64,000 bases of DNA from Cirrosporium novae-zelandiae. Lineage: Eukaryota. The DNA lies in NCBI GenBank assembly GCA_026023565.1, contig JAPETS010000009.1:1-64000 (forward strand), read 5' to 3'. The translations under genes and the position numbers were made by a program. The first letter of the stretch is position 1. Each line of letters begins with the position of its first letter. The notes below the pieces were generated by a model. The model searched no databases and was not told where the DNA came from. It worked only from the letters and a program-made list of their open reading frames with translations. Shown here piece after piece: positions 13,501 to 25,460 of this stretch.

Positions 13501-14133
13501 CCTCAAGCCAAGCCTGCAGCTGCAGAGAAACTACGCTTCGTATCTCCTGCCTCGGCCCCGGCCCCACAGCAGCCAAAGGAACCTCAGCAGCAGATTCCAG
13601 CATCCTCACCATCTGACTCTCAGTCTGCTTCAAGCTCTTGGTTCAGCTACCTCGCCCCCTCTTGGCTTGTTCCCTCTAAGTCGTCATCTACTAAGCCGCG
13701 ACTCCAACCCAGAGAGCAAACAAAGCAGTCTCCTCCATCGCTCCTACCCATAACTGGTCCTTGGCTTAAATGCCACTGGAAAGCTCTAGACTCTCTGTAC
13801 CAGCAATCCAAAATCTCACCCTCATCATTTCCCTATCATAACAATCCCGATGGTGATCGTCTTCTTGGGAAGCCCATCACCACCAACGGGTTTAGGGGTA
13901 CGGTTACTGGAAAAGAACTGGGAATTGCTATGACATTTTTAGATAAGCTGAAGCATCAGGGCTCGGACGGAAGGAAAGGTTGGGGATGGGGTAAGGAAAA
14001 GGAGGATGAGGTAGCATGGACACTAGAAGATGTGGTCAAGAGAGTGTGGTGTTTGGAAATTGGAGAAGTGGTTAGGGAACGAGAGAGGATTGAACAAGAG
14101 AGATCCATGTTGAGTAATGATCGGAGTTTCTAG
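10531..14133 (+). CDS. Large low-complexity nuclear protein with AT-hook motifs (1200 aa, intronless)
   Basis: Uninterrupted ORF. AT-hooks KRRGRPRK, KRGRGRPRK and KKRGRPKK. Acidic tracts, many S/T-P sites and a Trp-rich C-terminal domain. Confidence 0.88.
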   Translation: MAENDHDRSSTSSPDPLATYLEAAPIAGPSRRASTKSPVKLTPLKTRDKSETVAVKDIVFTTPSKSAAQNDKQSPPWKIHVTVSASRDNSPSKNKMSPSNRIAAHTTTTTVPLKGLDSSPSQGPKRRGRPRKSIGTPVKRDLTPVVRKRARKNTLETGENSQVTVDEATPQKRGRGRPRKSLPSADAESNDTISGTPGTAAKASAQSTKNPTKKGKARKKSRLAIEVPENEDIFYSEAQQSTSVPSPGNRSVLSDVNNTSVNSRQLQQKSTSPLDEFGGSSQKESSLDFTPAKKTPGKTPAGNLNNVQNSDLERPSTRRSSTKKARNSLLERVTDLSHFDPTNDHHEFDSILEGEGFSMVSLDTVPSVKQHLSNLEDQGTEHQAEPSQSDHDAEPTESIKKRGRPKKLSPKGTTDPTKLQPSGNYLSSSPEPSSINSTNLPFSPPIIQPRNNLPRINHTPSVNSSAVRPPSFQKKQALPDPKTTADTPKLSRIVHAGIALQRVVESPSTTELANNTPPAQTEAPRSNSESRDIKNRLDELFKGFGSGTKRESRAGLRLGEELAQQHAQQHSDSSGHEYLGPATNRNPLAQSHSSGTELPTPEASDESALTNAAGPSINPTSESQIAQDDDGAMDWQMDTPVNQTPERPQTKAPQHYGLGQKNMDQRRSQREVEWQRERNAVSQQIKSAKSDQVILVESDNDQSLEDEMDEDEEDDEDIWQQEAHDSFENDSGPVIGNVAQEEALKPRRSKIPSPWRRGQSVDYSDEPTQEASGLYWRLDQRNKQAFREREEERRRRTDFDISDLLADVQPDGISTSTPAPRKAAHMPNRSLSPVKSSFRRSESPVKDLLSTAKSVRFSQYIDEKSASERDDTMEDTTEDTFEEGMRQSVGEDELDDDFSPSGTEEEDDEDDEYVDRINNQVEESIISDDEDTIIPDQGHETKPVHALNDSLGGSMVSENESSTFPTQNDTPTPMTRPAKEMSMSRRVLQIPQAKPAAAEKLRFVSPASAPAPQQPKEPQQQIPASSPSDSQSASSSWFSYLAPSWLVPSKSSSTKPRLQPREQTKQSPPSLLPITGPWLKCHWKALDSLYQQSKISPSSFPYHNNPDGDRLLGKPITTNGFRGTVTGKELGIAMTFLDKLKHQGSDGRKGWGWGKEKEDEVAWTLEDVVKRVWCLEIGEVVRERERIEQERSMLSNDRSF

Positions 14134-15074
14134 TGGTTGGATACCAGACTATAGCACAAATTTGGTGTTTTGGGGGTTTGGGTATTGGGGTCCTAGGTTG
14201 GATATGGGCCTGGATCTGGAACAATGGGGGTTGAGGCCGTACCAATGTTGGATACGCGAAAAGATGGGCAATGGCCTGTGTATGATATTGGAGCTATTTT
14301 TATGCACATAAAATCTGAGAATATCCATACTGAACTCTACAAATAACTTGAGCTGGTGGAAAAATGATGACTGTGCTTCCAACATGTGATAGGGTTTAAG
14401 GATGACGCCACGTGATTCGGGCTAGCCCTGAGGAAAAGTCAAAATGGCTTGGATAATTAATTGATCAAGAAGTCATCGACAGGAACAAAGGCGGAAGATC
14501 TCCAGCATCGGAACCAAGAACCAAGAAAACAGAAAACCAAGATGCTGGAGCTGGCGACCAAGCCCCATGGGTAATGGGCCATGCAAACTCTGTAATTAGT
14601 TTGTGTTTTTAGTTTCAGTTGTTAATAGAGTCAAGGAAAGACAGAAGATGACGAGAGACTGAGGAGAGATGGGCCATTGATATGACAGCCTAGGTCGGAA
14701 GCTTGACGGGGTCTACAGGTGAATTTGACCAGTTTTGGATGAGTTGGAGATGGAAAGTGTGGAAGGTGTGGAATGTGGCTGGAGGATAATGCAGATAATG
14801 CAGACACTACACAACACTACACAACACTCCACAACACTACACAACCACTCCTTCAAGTATTTCCTTATCAGTTACCCGAGCCTTCTTGAGGCTTCTTTGA
14901 GGCTTGTCTTTGTCTTGTTTGGTTGTCTGACTTCGGACTTTCCTTTCTGACTTTCGGGGCTCTCCCGTCAATAAACCAACCAACACCAACCAACTAACCT
15001 ACCAACCAACTAACCTACCAACCCCCCCCCATCCTTAAAAATATATATCGTCAGCTGCTCCATTAGGGATCGTT

Positions 15075-15125
15075 GTTATTATTATTATCATTATTATCAT
15101 TATTATCATTATTATCATTATTATC
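15075..15125. repeat. (ATTATTATC)n tandem repeat, with nearby CCAACTAACCTA and GACGGTC short repeats
   Basis: Visible tandem copies at 15075-15125. Related short repeats at ~14985-15020 and ~15296-15330. Confidence 0.8.
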
Positions 15126-15841
15126 GCCACCGGGTTGGCCGATCTGACTGCTGTTCGTACCATCTATCCTCGATGCCTTCTCTCTACTTGTGTAAGGCTA
15201 TGCTTGGCTGTCAATCTGCAAAAGGCTCCACCTGATAAATCCTTAGCTGCAACAGAAAAGAGCGAGGCTTTAGCCATCAATAGCATCTAGCCACGATCGA
15301 CGGTCGACGGTCGACGGTCAGTGACGGTCAATCCTAGAAAAGGTTAACCTCCTAGGCAAGATAGCGTAATTAATTCCCAACTTAATTACTTGGCTCCTAT
15401 CCAAAACTAAACTTGAACGGCGCATTGGCTGCATTGGCTCCCTTGGTAACTTGTATTGTAGACGAAGTGACTACAGAATAACTATTAATGCAGATAAAAA
15501 GAACCCTTCGTTGAAAAGCTACTTTGACGACTCCGAACCATCTTCAATCCATTCTCTCCACTCTGATGCTTAGGATTTTCGGAAACAATACTGACTGGTC
15601 CAATTCCCCCCAAGGTTGTTGATTGTCCTGCTGCTGCTGGTTTTGAAAACGCGTTCTTGAACAAGAACTTGTCCACCGCTCCTTTCAAAGCCCTCTATTA
15701 TATTTAACTTATATTGCCCCTGCCATCGTCTTTCATCATTTATGAAAGTTGGCTGAACTTCTCTATAGCCCTTCTCTCTATGCCAATTCTTTGCGTGTCC
15801 ATGCCGTTAATATTTCCTGCCTGACAAACTCATCTTGCATC

Positions 15842-16852
15842 ATGAGCGACCCCAGCACAATCTCGCCCTTGGCCTTTTCGCCATCTCAAGAATCCGCATT
15901 GCTTTCTAATCCCGGTTTCAAGCTTCTCCGCAGTCGCTTCTCCACGATCCGACCGTCTTTCTGTTCCGACCATCTCCCGACATCTGATGCTGCCACCGAA
16001 GCATGGCTGCTCCACCGCGACATAACATTCACCCTCATCTTACCGATTCTGCGGATATATGACCAGGCTGCGCAGGTGGCACGATCGCTGCTGCGTACCT
16101 TGAAGGCCACAGATCTGGAACTTGCATTCTTTGGCGAAGGGAGAGGAGCATTCAGCTGGTTACAATGTTTCGTCAAAGATGAGGAGGACTGGTTTTCCGT
16201 CAAGGGCTGCCCGGCCTGTACCACATTGCATATCCTCCATTCCGAACCTACTGTTCGCCTAACTCTCACGTCCATTTATCTCTCTGCCTATTTATCCTTT
16301 CCGCTCCCGCCTTCGGCTTCTTCATCCCCAGCCAGGGCTTCCCCCGCCAAACATTCGCATCACCATCCGGAACAGCAACCAACCCTTCCGTCATTTCAAT
16401 TCCTCATGCCATCTCTCCACCACGCCTTGATGTCGGACCCCCTAATATTTCCGGCAAGTTCTATTCCTCAAATATATTCTCGGTCCCATGCTCTTGAAAC
16501 TGGGATACAGGATCTTCTCCTTCAATGCTGTGCCCTGTCGTCGATTGAGCCATCCTTAGAGTCGACCATAACCACACATGAAAATCGTCTTGTGAAGCGG
16601 CAAGTGTCGTATCGAGATGCCTCGGATTTATCATACGGACAGTCAGGAGTGGGGATGAAGGTCAAACCTTCAAAGCTAGCCAAACGGCAGATGCGACTCT
16701 GTTTGGAAGAAAGGGAATGGGCCAGGAGAATTGCCCTAGCCTTGGAAGAGTGGCGGGATGCAAACGAGAAGGGAATTTCTGAGAACCATCAGGGAAGAAT
16801 GGATGAACATGTTGCAGATATAGGAAGAAGGAGAAAGTCAAAATCAACATGA
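15842..16852 (+). CDS. Hypothetical fungal protein (GCPAC motif)
   Basis: First ATG at 15842 (MSDPST), 336 codons, globular-looking composition, motif EEDWFSVKGCPAC. TATA-like sequence at ~15697. Confidence 0.75.
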   Translation: MSDPSTISPLAFSPSQESALLSNPGFKLLRSRFSTIRPSFCSDHLPTSDAATEAWLLHRDITFTLILPILRIYDQAAQVARSLLRTLKATDLELAFFGEGRGAFSWLQCFVKDEEDWFSVKGCPACTTLHILHSEPTVRLTLTSIYLSAYLSFPLPPSASSSPARASPAKHSHHHPEQQPTLPSFQFLMPSLHHALMSDPLIFPASSIPQIYSRSHALETGIQDLLLQCCALSSIEPSLESTITTHENRLVKRQVSYRDASDLSYGQSGVGMKVKPSKLAKRQMRLCLEEREWARRIALALEEWRDANEKGISENHQGRMDEHVADIGRRRKSKST

Positions 16853-17451
16853 GAATTTACACTTTATCTATGCGCTATTTTTGTGTTGCCGGAGTTAAGG
16901 TAGCAACAAGATACCAGTTCTTTTCCAGGGGAGTTTGGTTTTGAATTAGAAAGGAAGACATGAGTATATGCCCAGTGTGCTAGTTAGCGGGTCATTTGTC
17001 TGTTTGGTTGATACATCTATTTAATAAATTCTTGCACACATTTCAATATTTGGAACCGGCCCGTTCTCGGAAAAGGTTATTGCAATTAAGATCACTGGGG
17101 CAAATGCACATGCATTTGCAATAGTGGCATCTAATCTTTCCAGCAATGTCATGAGCTCATAGTTGTGTTCGAAATACTCCTACGAACTTTGTTCATGGCA
17201 CCGATACGGTAGGCCACCGAAAATACCTTGATATATATAAGCTTCTTCACATTTATATGTCTTAGTGTTTAAAGAGGGGGAAGGTTCCCGACGTAGTCAT
17301 TGCCATCAGACAACCTTTATTTCTTTCTGTCTGGCCAGATGACCGATACAATATTTAAGTCCAGTCTGTTCCCTCTTCTTTTCTTCATCATTCAAATCAA
17401 GCATCTTTGTTTCCCTCCCTTTCCATATCTCAAATACCAATACTCGCCACC

Positions 17452-18270
17452 ATGCATTCCTTCAAGCCCCTTTTTGCTACAATCTCTCTATTGGCCTCTG
17501 CTGCTGCACATGGCCTGGCTCCCAGGGATGAGGCCAAGACAGATACCGTGATAGTCCACCATTATATTTTCGATACGGCAACATGGGCAAACACCGTTTT
17601 CGATACACAGTATGTGACAGTTGATCATAGCATCTTCGAAACCGAGACTATCTTTGCTACACCTACTGCAACACCAAACACCACCACCCTCACCCAAACG
17701 CAGTTTGCTACTATGACGGACCACGCGATAGTCAACCAAACCTTCAGGAAAACAGAATTCATTACTGCCCAGTGGACTAACACCACCACTATTCAGAGCA
17801 TCCAAACCATCAGTGAAACAGAATTCATTACTGCCCGGCCGATGACTGACACCACGACTGTTCAGAGCATCCAAACAACTGTCGAAGAGGTGACTCTCGA
17901 CCCGGTTACTACAACCAAGACAGTCACTTTTGAACCTATTTCGACATCCACAACGTTTATCACATCATATTATATAAGTACTGTAACCGAAATTGGTTCT
18001 GCTCCAGGTTCTTTTACTGGAAATACTTCTCCAGGCATTCCAGCTGTATTTGTTGCCGTCACAAATACGTCTGCTGCAGAGACATCTACCACAGATACTT
18101 CTCCAGGCATTTCAGCTCTATTTGTTGCCGTTACAGACTTGCCTACCCCCACAGATGCTTTTAGCGCAGATACTTCTCCAAGCATTACAGCTGTATTTGT
18201 TATCGCCACAAATTTGGCTGCCGCAGATGCCTCCCCCACAGACGATTCTTTCACAGATGCTTTTCTATAG
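17452..18270 (+). CDS. Secreted Thr-rich (mucin/adhesin-like) protein with internal tandem repeats
   Basis: Signal peptide MHSFKPLFATISLLASAAAHG. Very Thr-rich. Two ~66 bp and three 72-75 bp repeat units. Confidence 0.75.
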   Translation: MHSFKPLFATISLLASAAAHGLAPRDEAKTDTVIVHHYIFDTATWANTVFDTQYVTVDHSIFETETIFATPTATPNTTTLTQTQFATMTDHAIVNQTFRKTEFITAQWTNTTTIQSIQTISETEFITARPMTDTTTVQSIQTTVEEVTLDPVTTTKTVTFEPISTSTTFITSYYISTVTEIGSAPGSFTGNTSPGIPAVFVAVTNTSAAETSTTDTSPGISALFVAVTDLPTPTDAFSADTSPSITAVFVIATNLAAADASPTDDSFTDAFL

Positions 18271-19163
18271 GGCTCGCCTTTAACGCACGGAAATGGCACT
18301 ATGAGCTTAAGCAAAGCTATCCCTAAGAGATGCAATTATAACCTCTTCGACGTCCAAAAGTCCTTGGATTAATATTGTTTGCAGGGCTTTGTTCCTATGT
18401 TAGTTTGGAGATAATAAATTTGGAGATGATAAAAAAGTTATGGGTTTTGATGATGGATTAATTCTACTGTTCTTTACGGATGACCTCTGATCGCTGTCTG
18501 GCAGCCTAACCTCCCACCGAAGACGAGAAAAAAAAATAGTTATTTGATTTTATCACATTGCGCTTAGATTTAGCTTTAGGATATTAGAACTTACAATTCT
18601 TAAGCTTTGAGAAACATCAGATAGTCACCGACCAGTATCCAGTATCCCTACATTTTAAATTAGGTGTCTTCGGAGGAAGATATAGATCTAGGCGACGCGA
18701 GAGAGATAACCCTAATGTTTCCGAATCTAGATAGCCTTGAAACTTCATATTACCCGAACATCCGAACACCCGAAACAACCGAAAACTCCAAATTTCAACC
18801 TCATCCAAAGATGTTTCAAGTCATGCTCTTCCCTGGCCATGACCCATTTCCCACCAAAGAACGGTGTAACGTTTTATCTTAAGGACCTGTGGGTACCCGC
18901 ATGCTCCATGTCGAGGAATAAAAAGCAATCTCGTACAAAAGATTATGAGTGTATATCCTCGACCGCCTACAAATTAATACGGAGGAAATAGCTCCGTGTC
19001 TTCATATGATGCGAAAGCCCCAGACATCTACCACTCTGGTTTCTTGTCACTAGTAGACCATTGTTTGGCCATGACTGAATTGAAGCTTGGCTGGTGGTTT
19101 ATATATTTTGCCTGCCTTCTACTTTCATCATGGTTCAACCAATTTTAACTGTAACAATTCAAT

Positions 19164-20355
19164 ATGAGGAACCTTCTCCCTCAAATTCTTTTTCTTCTCT
19201 TGATTGCTGGAGCTGGTCGTGCATATCCTTCAGCGGACGGACGGCTTTTCGATATTGATGGGAAGAAACAATACTTTGCCGGTTAAATTTCGTAGTCGTT
19301 CTTGAGCTGAAGGCATTGCTGATGCAGTCTAGGAACAAACGCTTGGTGGCTGGGACACCTTTATTATGACGATGATGTTGATACGGCAATGTCGCAAATT
19401 GCAGCGGTACAGCTCTTTAGCTCTCCTGAAGAACCATTCACTAAATACGTTCTAGACAAAACTAAAAGTAGTACGGGTATGGGGCTTTGGAAATGTCAAC
19501 GAGCCCACGTCGAGTGAAGTCTACTACCAGGTTCTCAATTCAACAGGAGGATATATTAATTATGGCTCTAATGGAATTTCTCGCCTTGATGCTGTTATTT
19601 CGGCTGCCGAGCAGTATGGCGTCAAGCTCGTCCTACCGATGTTGAACAATTGGGATGACCTTGGTGGCATCAATACCTACGTTAACGCGTTTGGAGGAAA
19701 TGCGACCACGTTCTACACCGATACGGCTAGCCAGGCTACATACAAGAAATATGTCAAATTCCTTGTGAATCGATACAAGAATTCTTCTGCTATTTTTGCC
19801 TGGGAACTCTGCAACGAGCCTCGATGTAATGGATGTCCTTCATCAACAATCTACGACTGGGCCTCGGAGGTATCGAAATTTGTGAAATCTATCGATAGTA
19901 ATCATCTGGTCGCTCTTGGAGATGAAGGTTGGATGTGCTCTGGAGGCGATGGATCATATGCCTACTCCTGCTCTGAAGGGGTTGATTTTGTCAAGAATCT
20001 GGAAATTGAAACTCTGGATTATGGCACGTTTCATCTCTATCCCAATTCATGGGGCTACAACTATAGTTGGGGGAGTAGTTGGATCAAGGAGCACAATGCA
20101 GCCGGTGCGACAGCTGGAAAGGCGGTGGTGCTCGAAGAATATGGTACACCGGTGAATCATACGACCCTCATCAAGCCCTGGCAACAAACAATATTAGAGG
20201 ATACCCAGGTGGCATATGACTCGTTCTGGCAATTTGGAACGGTGTTGCCTTCGTCGACGTGCAGTTCTGACGATAATACACTCTGGTACAATGAAAATGA
20301 TTATCTAGTGTTAGCAACACAACATGCAAAAGACATGTTGGCAAAGGAGATTTAG
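19164..20355 (+). CDS. GH5 endo-1,4-beta-mannanase (GH5_7-like), secreted, 2 introns
   Basis: ATG 19164 with signal peptide [20 protein letters not shown]. Motifs [34 protein letters not shown] (acid/base), TFHLYP and VVLEEYG (nucleophile). No CBM1. Confidence 0.93.
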
Positions 20356-21493
20356 CTGATGTTTTGATGTTTTGAAAATGGCAACGGCTACTTGATATAT
20401 GTATCTGTTTGTATATGGTGACGGATAATACCAAGTTTCATTTTCCGAGACGCCAACCTCGGGGGGTTTCCGTCGAGATGCGAATCAATCAAGAAGGAAG
20501 AATAGATTTGTAAATCAAGACATGGCTGCCAGACGGGCCGATGCATGGGTACTGATAAATCTCCTAGCCACCCGGATGACCAGCTGCAGGTGTTGAAAAG
20601 CATAAAAGAAAAAAATGAATCAGCAAAAGCTTGATGTGGATGTTTAATTTTTTTTATGTTGATTGTTATGGTCCTTATGGACCTCAGAGTGGATTATGAT
20701 GATTAGAATGTGTTAGAATCATTCGTTAGCATGAATGAAGCTTGAAATAGTATTTCAATGGGTCGGAAGGATGGCCCGATAATGTCAATGATGGTCCTCT
20801 TTGATGGTCCTGATAGTCACAGATGAAACCCCTTTGGGGGGATACGCAGGCCAAGGAAATTGGCATACAGGAGTGCAGGGGACGATGAATGTGGACTAGC
20901 GCTATCAATGACCATGTCTTGATTGGTGATATCAAACTTAGTTTCTCTAATCGGTTCAAGTTTTAACCAACCGACTTCCAAGCGGAGATGAACTTCCAAC
21001 TTTGCAACTTCCCACTCGAGGCATTGACTGCTTTGACTGCTTTGACTGCTTGGACCGTTGCCAAAGGGGCTCACAACCTCTTCTACTCGTTCTTTCTTGT
21101 TCTAAAACTTGATTGACCGAACTGATTGACTGTCGCTCACTATACTAGCCTTGCCCAAACAAAATATCCAGTACTTCTTTTTCATCTCCTTCTTGTCGCG
21201 TGGGAAGTAGACAGTCAGACAGTCAGCCAGACACACAATTAATTCAGAAGGAAGTCGCACTTATCCTGTGTTTATCTGCATACCTGATTTAATTCAGTCG
21301 CTACTTAATCTGTTTCTTCAACCCCCCAGATCTCAAACATCAGCAAGATCAGATCAGATCAAAAAACTTCACTCGTTGGAACCAACATTTCCAGACACAG
21401 CTTTGCAACTTCAATTGCTCCAAGTAGTCATTGACGCGACTCATCCTGTTAGCAATTTGTACCTCTGAACATATTCTACCATCAGTCATCATC

Positions 21494-23033
21494 ATGCCTG
21501 TGGCTACATTTATCGCTGCAGCATTAGCTGTTCTACACGTCAGCCCTGCCCATGCTATATCAGCTATCACAGCTGTAGGTTCTAAGTTCTTCAACGCGGA
21601 TGGGAGCCAATTTTACATCAAAGGTATACTATACTACTATACTACCTCACAATCGCCTACCCACCTCATTTGCTAATTGACTGTTTCGAACTCAGGTGTT
21701 GCCTACCAACTCACCGAAGATGACCCTTTAAGTGATACCTCACAATGCGAGCTCGATGCTGCCCAGATGGCAGATTTGGGTGCAAATACCATTCGGGTAT
21801 ACCATGTGGATCCTACCAACGATCACAGTGGTTGCATGACCGCGTTCGCAAACAACAGCATCTATCTCTTTGTGGACTTGGACACGTTTGATACTGCCAT
21901 TGACCAGGTAAGATAATTCAGTTGGTAAGTGACAGTTGTTGGAGGGTCTCCGCTGACATTGATTCTGCAAGAACAAACCTTCTTGGACAAAATCAAAGCT
22001 CAGCGCATTCGAGGCAGTGCTGGACGAGTTTCAACAATATAACAACACTGCTGGGGTATTTGTGGGGAACGAAGTCCTTACATTTGGTCAGTGGATTCAT
22101 GCAGTGCTACTTGATACTTTTCTAACAGCAATTTAGCCAATGGATCCTCGGCAGCCCCATACGTTAAAGCTGCAGCTCGAGACGTTAAAGCCTATCGTGA
22201 TTCGAAGAATTATCGAAAAATCCCTGTTGGGTATTCTGCAGGTGAGAACAAATTCGGCCGAACCTACATTTGATGCAACAACTTGCTAATCCGTAGAACC
22301 AGCCGACATAGCTGATCTTCGTCCAATGTTGCAAAACTACCTCGCTTGCGGTGACAATTCTTCCGAAGCTCTGGATTTCTTCTCCCTCAATGCCTATGAA
22401 TGGTGTGGTAGTTCAAGTTCCTACACAGTTAGTGGCTACTCAGAATTAGAAAAGAATGCAACTGGCTACGACATACCCATATTTTTCTCTGAAACAGGTT
22501 GCAACACCGCTCGCCCACGTACTTTTGAAGATCAAGCTTCCATCTTTGGCAGCAATATGGACGGTACCTGGAGCGGCGCTATCATTTACGAATGGATCGA
22601 GGAAGCCAATGACTACGGACTCATCAGCTACGGGTCCAAGACAAGTGCTTCAGGCGCCCTAGATGGCTATCCTCGATCGGGCACGCCTACCCCGATATCC
22701 CCAGACTACTCCAACCTGAAGAGCCAATGGGCGACACTAACTCCCACCGGCGTTCAATTGTCCGACTATACTGCTTCAACGAGTACTCTCACACCACCCG
22801 AATGCCCGAGCTCAACATCCGGCGGTTGGTCGGTCGACCCAAGCAGTTCCCTTCCAACGTTGGGACAAACATTCATTGCTGAGACCACAGCTACAACGAC
22901 TAGCGGTGGATCCGCCACTGCCTCTGCTACCGCTTCAGCCTCCAAGAAAGGCGGTGCTAGTGGCAGGAAGGAAGTTGCGGGAATGGGCATCGGTCTTGTT
23001 GCCGTGATGCTGACGTTTGTGGTGTGGCTGTAA
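21494..23033 (+). CDS. GH72 1,3-beta-glucanosyltransferase (Gel/Gas family), GPI-anchored, no X8 domain
   Basis: Signal peptide from ATG 21494. Motifs FYIKGVAYQ, NTIRVY, FVGNEV, IPVGYSAAD, NAYEWCG, FFSETGC and WSGAIIYEW. Ser/Thr linker and hydrophobic GPI tail. Four introns. Confidence 0.95.
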
Positions 23034-23917
23034 GATATGAAACAGGGCAGGAATAATTAGCTTTACCGAGAAACCTCCGATAATCTACCGACACACCTGC
23101 TTTTCGACCAGAAACATGCTGCGGGAATGCAATACGAGCGTTTCAACCCTGCATCGCTCAACTTCAGTTATACATATTTGCACAGCACAAAAGTTATGGA
23201 TGGTGGTTCTTTTTCTATATGATCGATATCGGACATGGCTAGCCCAAACCGAGATGATTAATCTGTGGATGGATAGATGATATATGCGTGCTGCAATCAC
23301 CGCGTGAATGACGCCACATATCGTCTTAATGTCTTATGTTATGATTGGAAGGAAACCTGAAATGGAAGGGAGGAGGAACTCAGCACCTCTTCGCAACTGG
23401 TAATTGGCATCTGCCATTGGCCATCGACACGGGCATGAATACATGATGGAAGATGCCATGGCAAAGATAAAGAGCATTGGCGTTACGTTTCAAAGGATTC
23501 TTACGTACATATACACATGGAGACGGTCTGGGACCGGTCTCGCAAGTGACTGTTAATGATGGGGGTTATGTTTTTTTCTTCTTGGGCATACAGTAATGAG
23601 TATGCCTTGTTTGGCTGGCTGGCCGGATGGAGGGCTTTGCTTGCTTTGCCTTTAATACCCAGATAGACGTGTTATCGGATTGCTATGGCTATGGCTGTGG
23701 CTATATATGCCTTTGCTGCCGGCATGGCTGGGCTGGCTAATTAATGAATAAATCTGTTAATTTCTGTGATTGAGTGATTGAATGGAGTCAGAAGAAGGGG
23801 TAGAATATATATATTTGTTCATGTAATGAGATGTTCTTCAGGAGAAAGAGGTATTGATCATATCAAATGATGGGATATAGCATGACATGGGGTATCCTAT
23901 TCCCTTCCCTTTCTACC

Positions 23918-23924
<7 letters not shown>

Positions 23925-23954
<30 letters not shown>

Positions 23955-25460
23955 CTCTATATTCTATTCCATCACAACCTCAGCCTCAACCCTGCTTCTC
24001 CCCCTGAGCCTAAAGGATCAACCCCCAATATAGATAGAGGGGAGGGAGAAAGGGAGGAGTGGGGTGGTGAAGATATTAAAGCAACGGGAAAGGAAGGAAA
24101 GGAAAGGAAAGGAAAGGAAAGGAAAGGAAAGGGAAGGGGTTACTAGATTATTAGATTCTTAGATTCTTAGATTCTTAGATTATTTAATTGCTTACTTGCT
24201 TGCTTACTTATTCATGTACTATACTATACTGTACATATTTACGTAGTTATTTATTAATTCATCCGTCTATTTATCTGCAAGTTCGTTCCTCTTATCCGTT
24301 CACTGGTTCATTCGTCCGATACTCACTCTATTAGCTTGTTTGTTTATTTATTTATTCACTCGTTCATCTAGTATTCCCTCGATTGGTTGGTTGGTTGGTT
24401 TGTTCATTTATTTATTTATTTATCCAGTACCCTCTCCTTTTCTCTATTAGTTGGTTGCTTACTTAGATGTTTATCCATACCCACCCATCTACCCACCTAA
24501 CTAGCCATACTGTGTATATATGTATATATGTATATATATTCATTCATTCGTCTATATTCCCTCCCACTATTCTCACTCCATTGACTGTTTGGTTGGTTTA
24601 TTTATTCACACCCACCCACCCAGAATTAATTAATCATTCATTTATTCATCCTTCTGTTCTATCTTGCTCTGTTCTGTATATGCATTATTAGTTGAACGAT
24701 CTAAACCGATCTTAATGGACTAAGTAATTAAATAAATCGAATAGATGTTTTTAAAACGAGGGAAAAGTGAAAGGTGGGTTTGAAGGGGATATTCTTCGTT
24801 TCGTTTTGTCGTTTTGATCTGGATGAGTGGGTGGATTGGTGGATGAAAAGGGGTGAGGTTATTCGTGACGTACTTGATTACTTGATTAGTTGGCCGCATG
24901 TGGATGTATATAGAATAGAAATGCCCTCTATGAATACATAAATGGATGGAAGGACGGATGGATGGCTATTGTATATGAGATAGAAAAGGGGTTAGAAGAG
25001 AAAGATTGAGGGAGTTTAGGGCTGGCAGCGGTCCGTTCATGCTTGCGTTCGTGTTTCTGTTGGTGTTGGTATTGGTGTTGAGGATGAAATTGGGATGTTA
25101 ATATTGTGCATATGTGCATATATGAGTGGGTGAGTAAGTGAGTAAGTAAATGAGTGTGAGTGTAGGTATATGTGTGTGTATGTGTGTATATATCCGTCTC
25201 CAAAGCTTCCAGAACCACTTGGACGGTTGGACCGCTGGATAGACAGACAGATGCATAGACTGGATGGATGGATGGGGGTTAAGGTCCGGACTCGGGGAGT
25301 TTCGTCGCCGGACATATGTACAGTGCAGTACAGTACGTGCATACCAACGAATGAGCGGACGAATGAAATAAATAGATGCAACGAATGAGCAGACGAACAA
25401 ATAAAAACAACGAATGAACGAATACGATTTATAATAATGGGAATAATTCCGCTCTAGTGT
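23925..25460. repeat. Microsatellite-rich low-complexity region: (CT)n, (GGAAA)n, (TTCTTAGA)n, (TTGG)n, (ATTT)n, (TG)n
   Basis: Multiple short tandem repeats visible, for example CT at 23925-23950 and GGAAA at ~24090-24135. Confidence 0.85.

Noticed and set aside
14402..14414. ATGACGCCAC motif shared with ~23308
   Set aside because: Two copies of a 10-mer, both 3' of genes. No functional context and compatible with chance.
18617..18991. Short ORFs between the Thr-rich gene and the mannanase
   Set aside because: No ATG start in good context, no domain, and the position fits the mannanase promoter.
23900..25460. Repeat-rich region as a CRISPR array or mobile element
   Set aside because: Simple sequence repeats only. 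No repeat-spacer structure, terminal repeats or transposase, and the DNA is eukaryotic.
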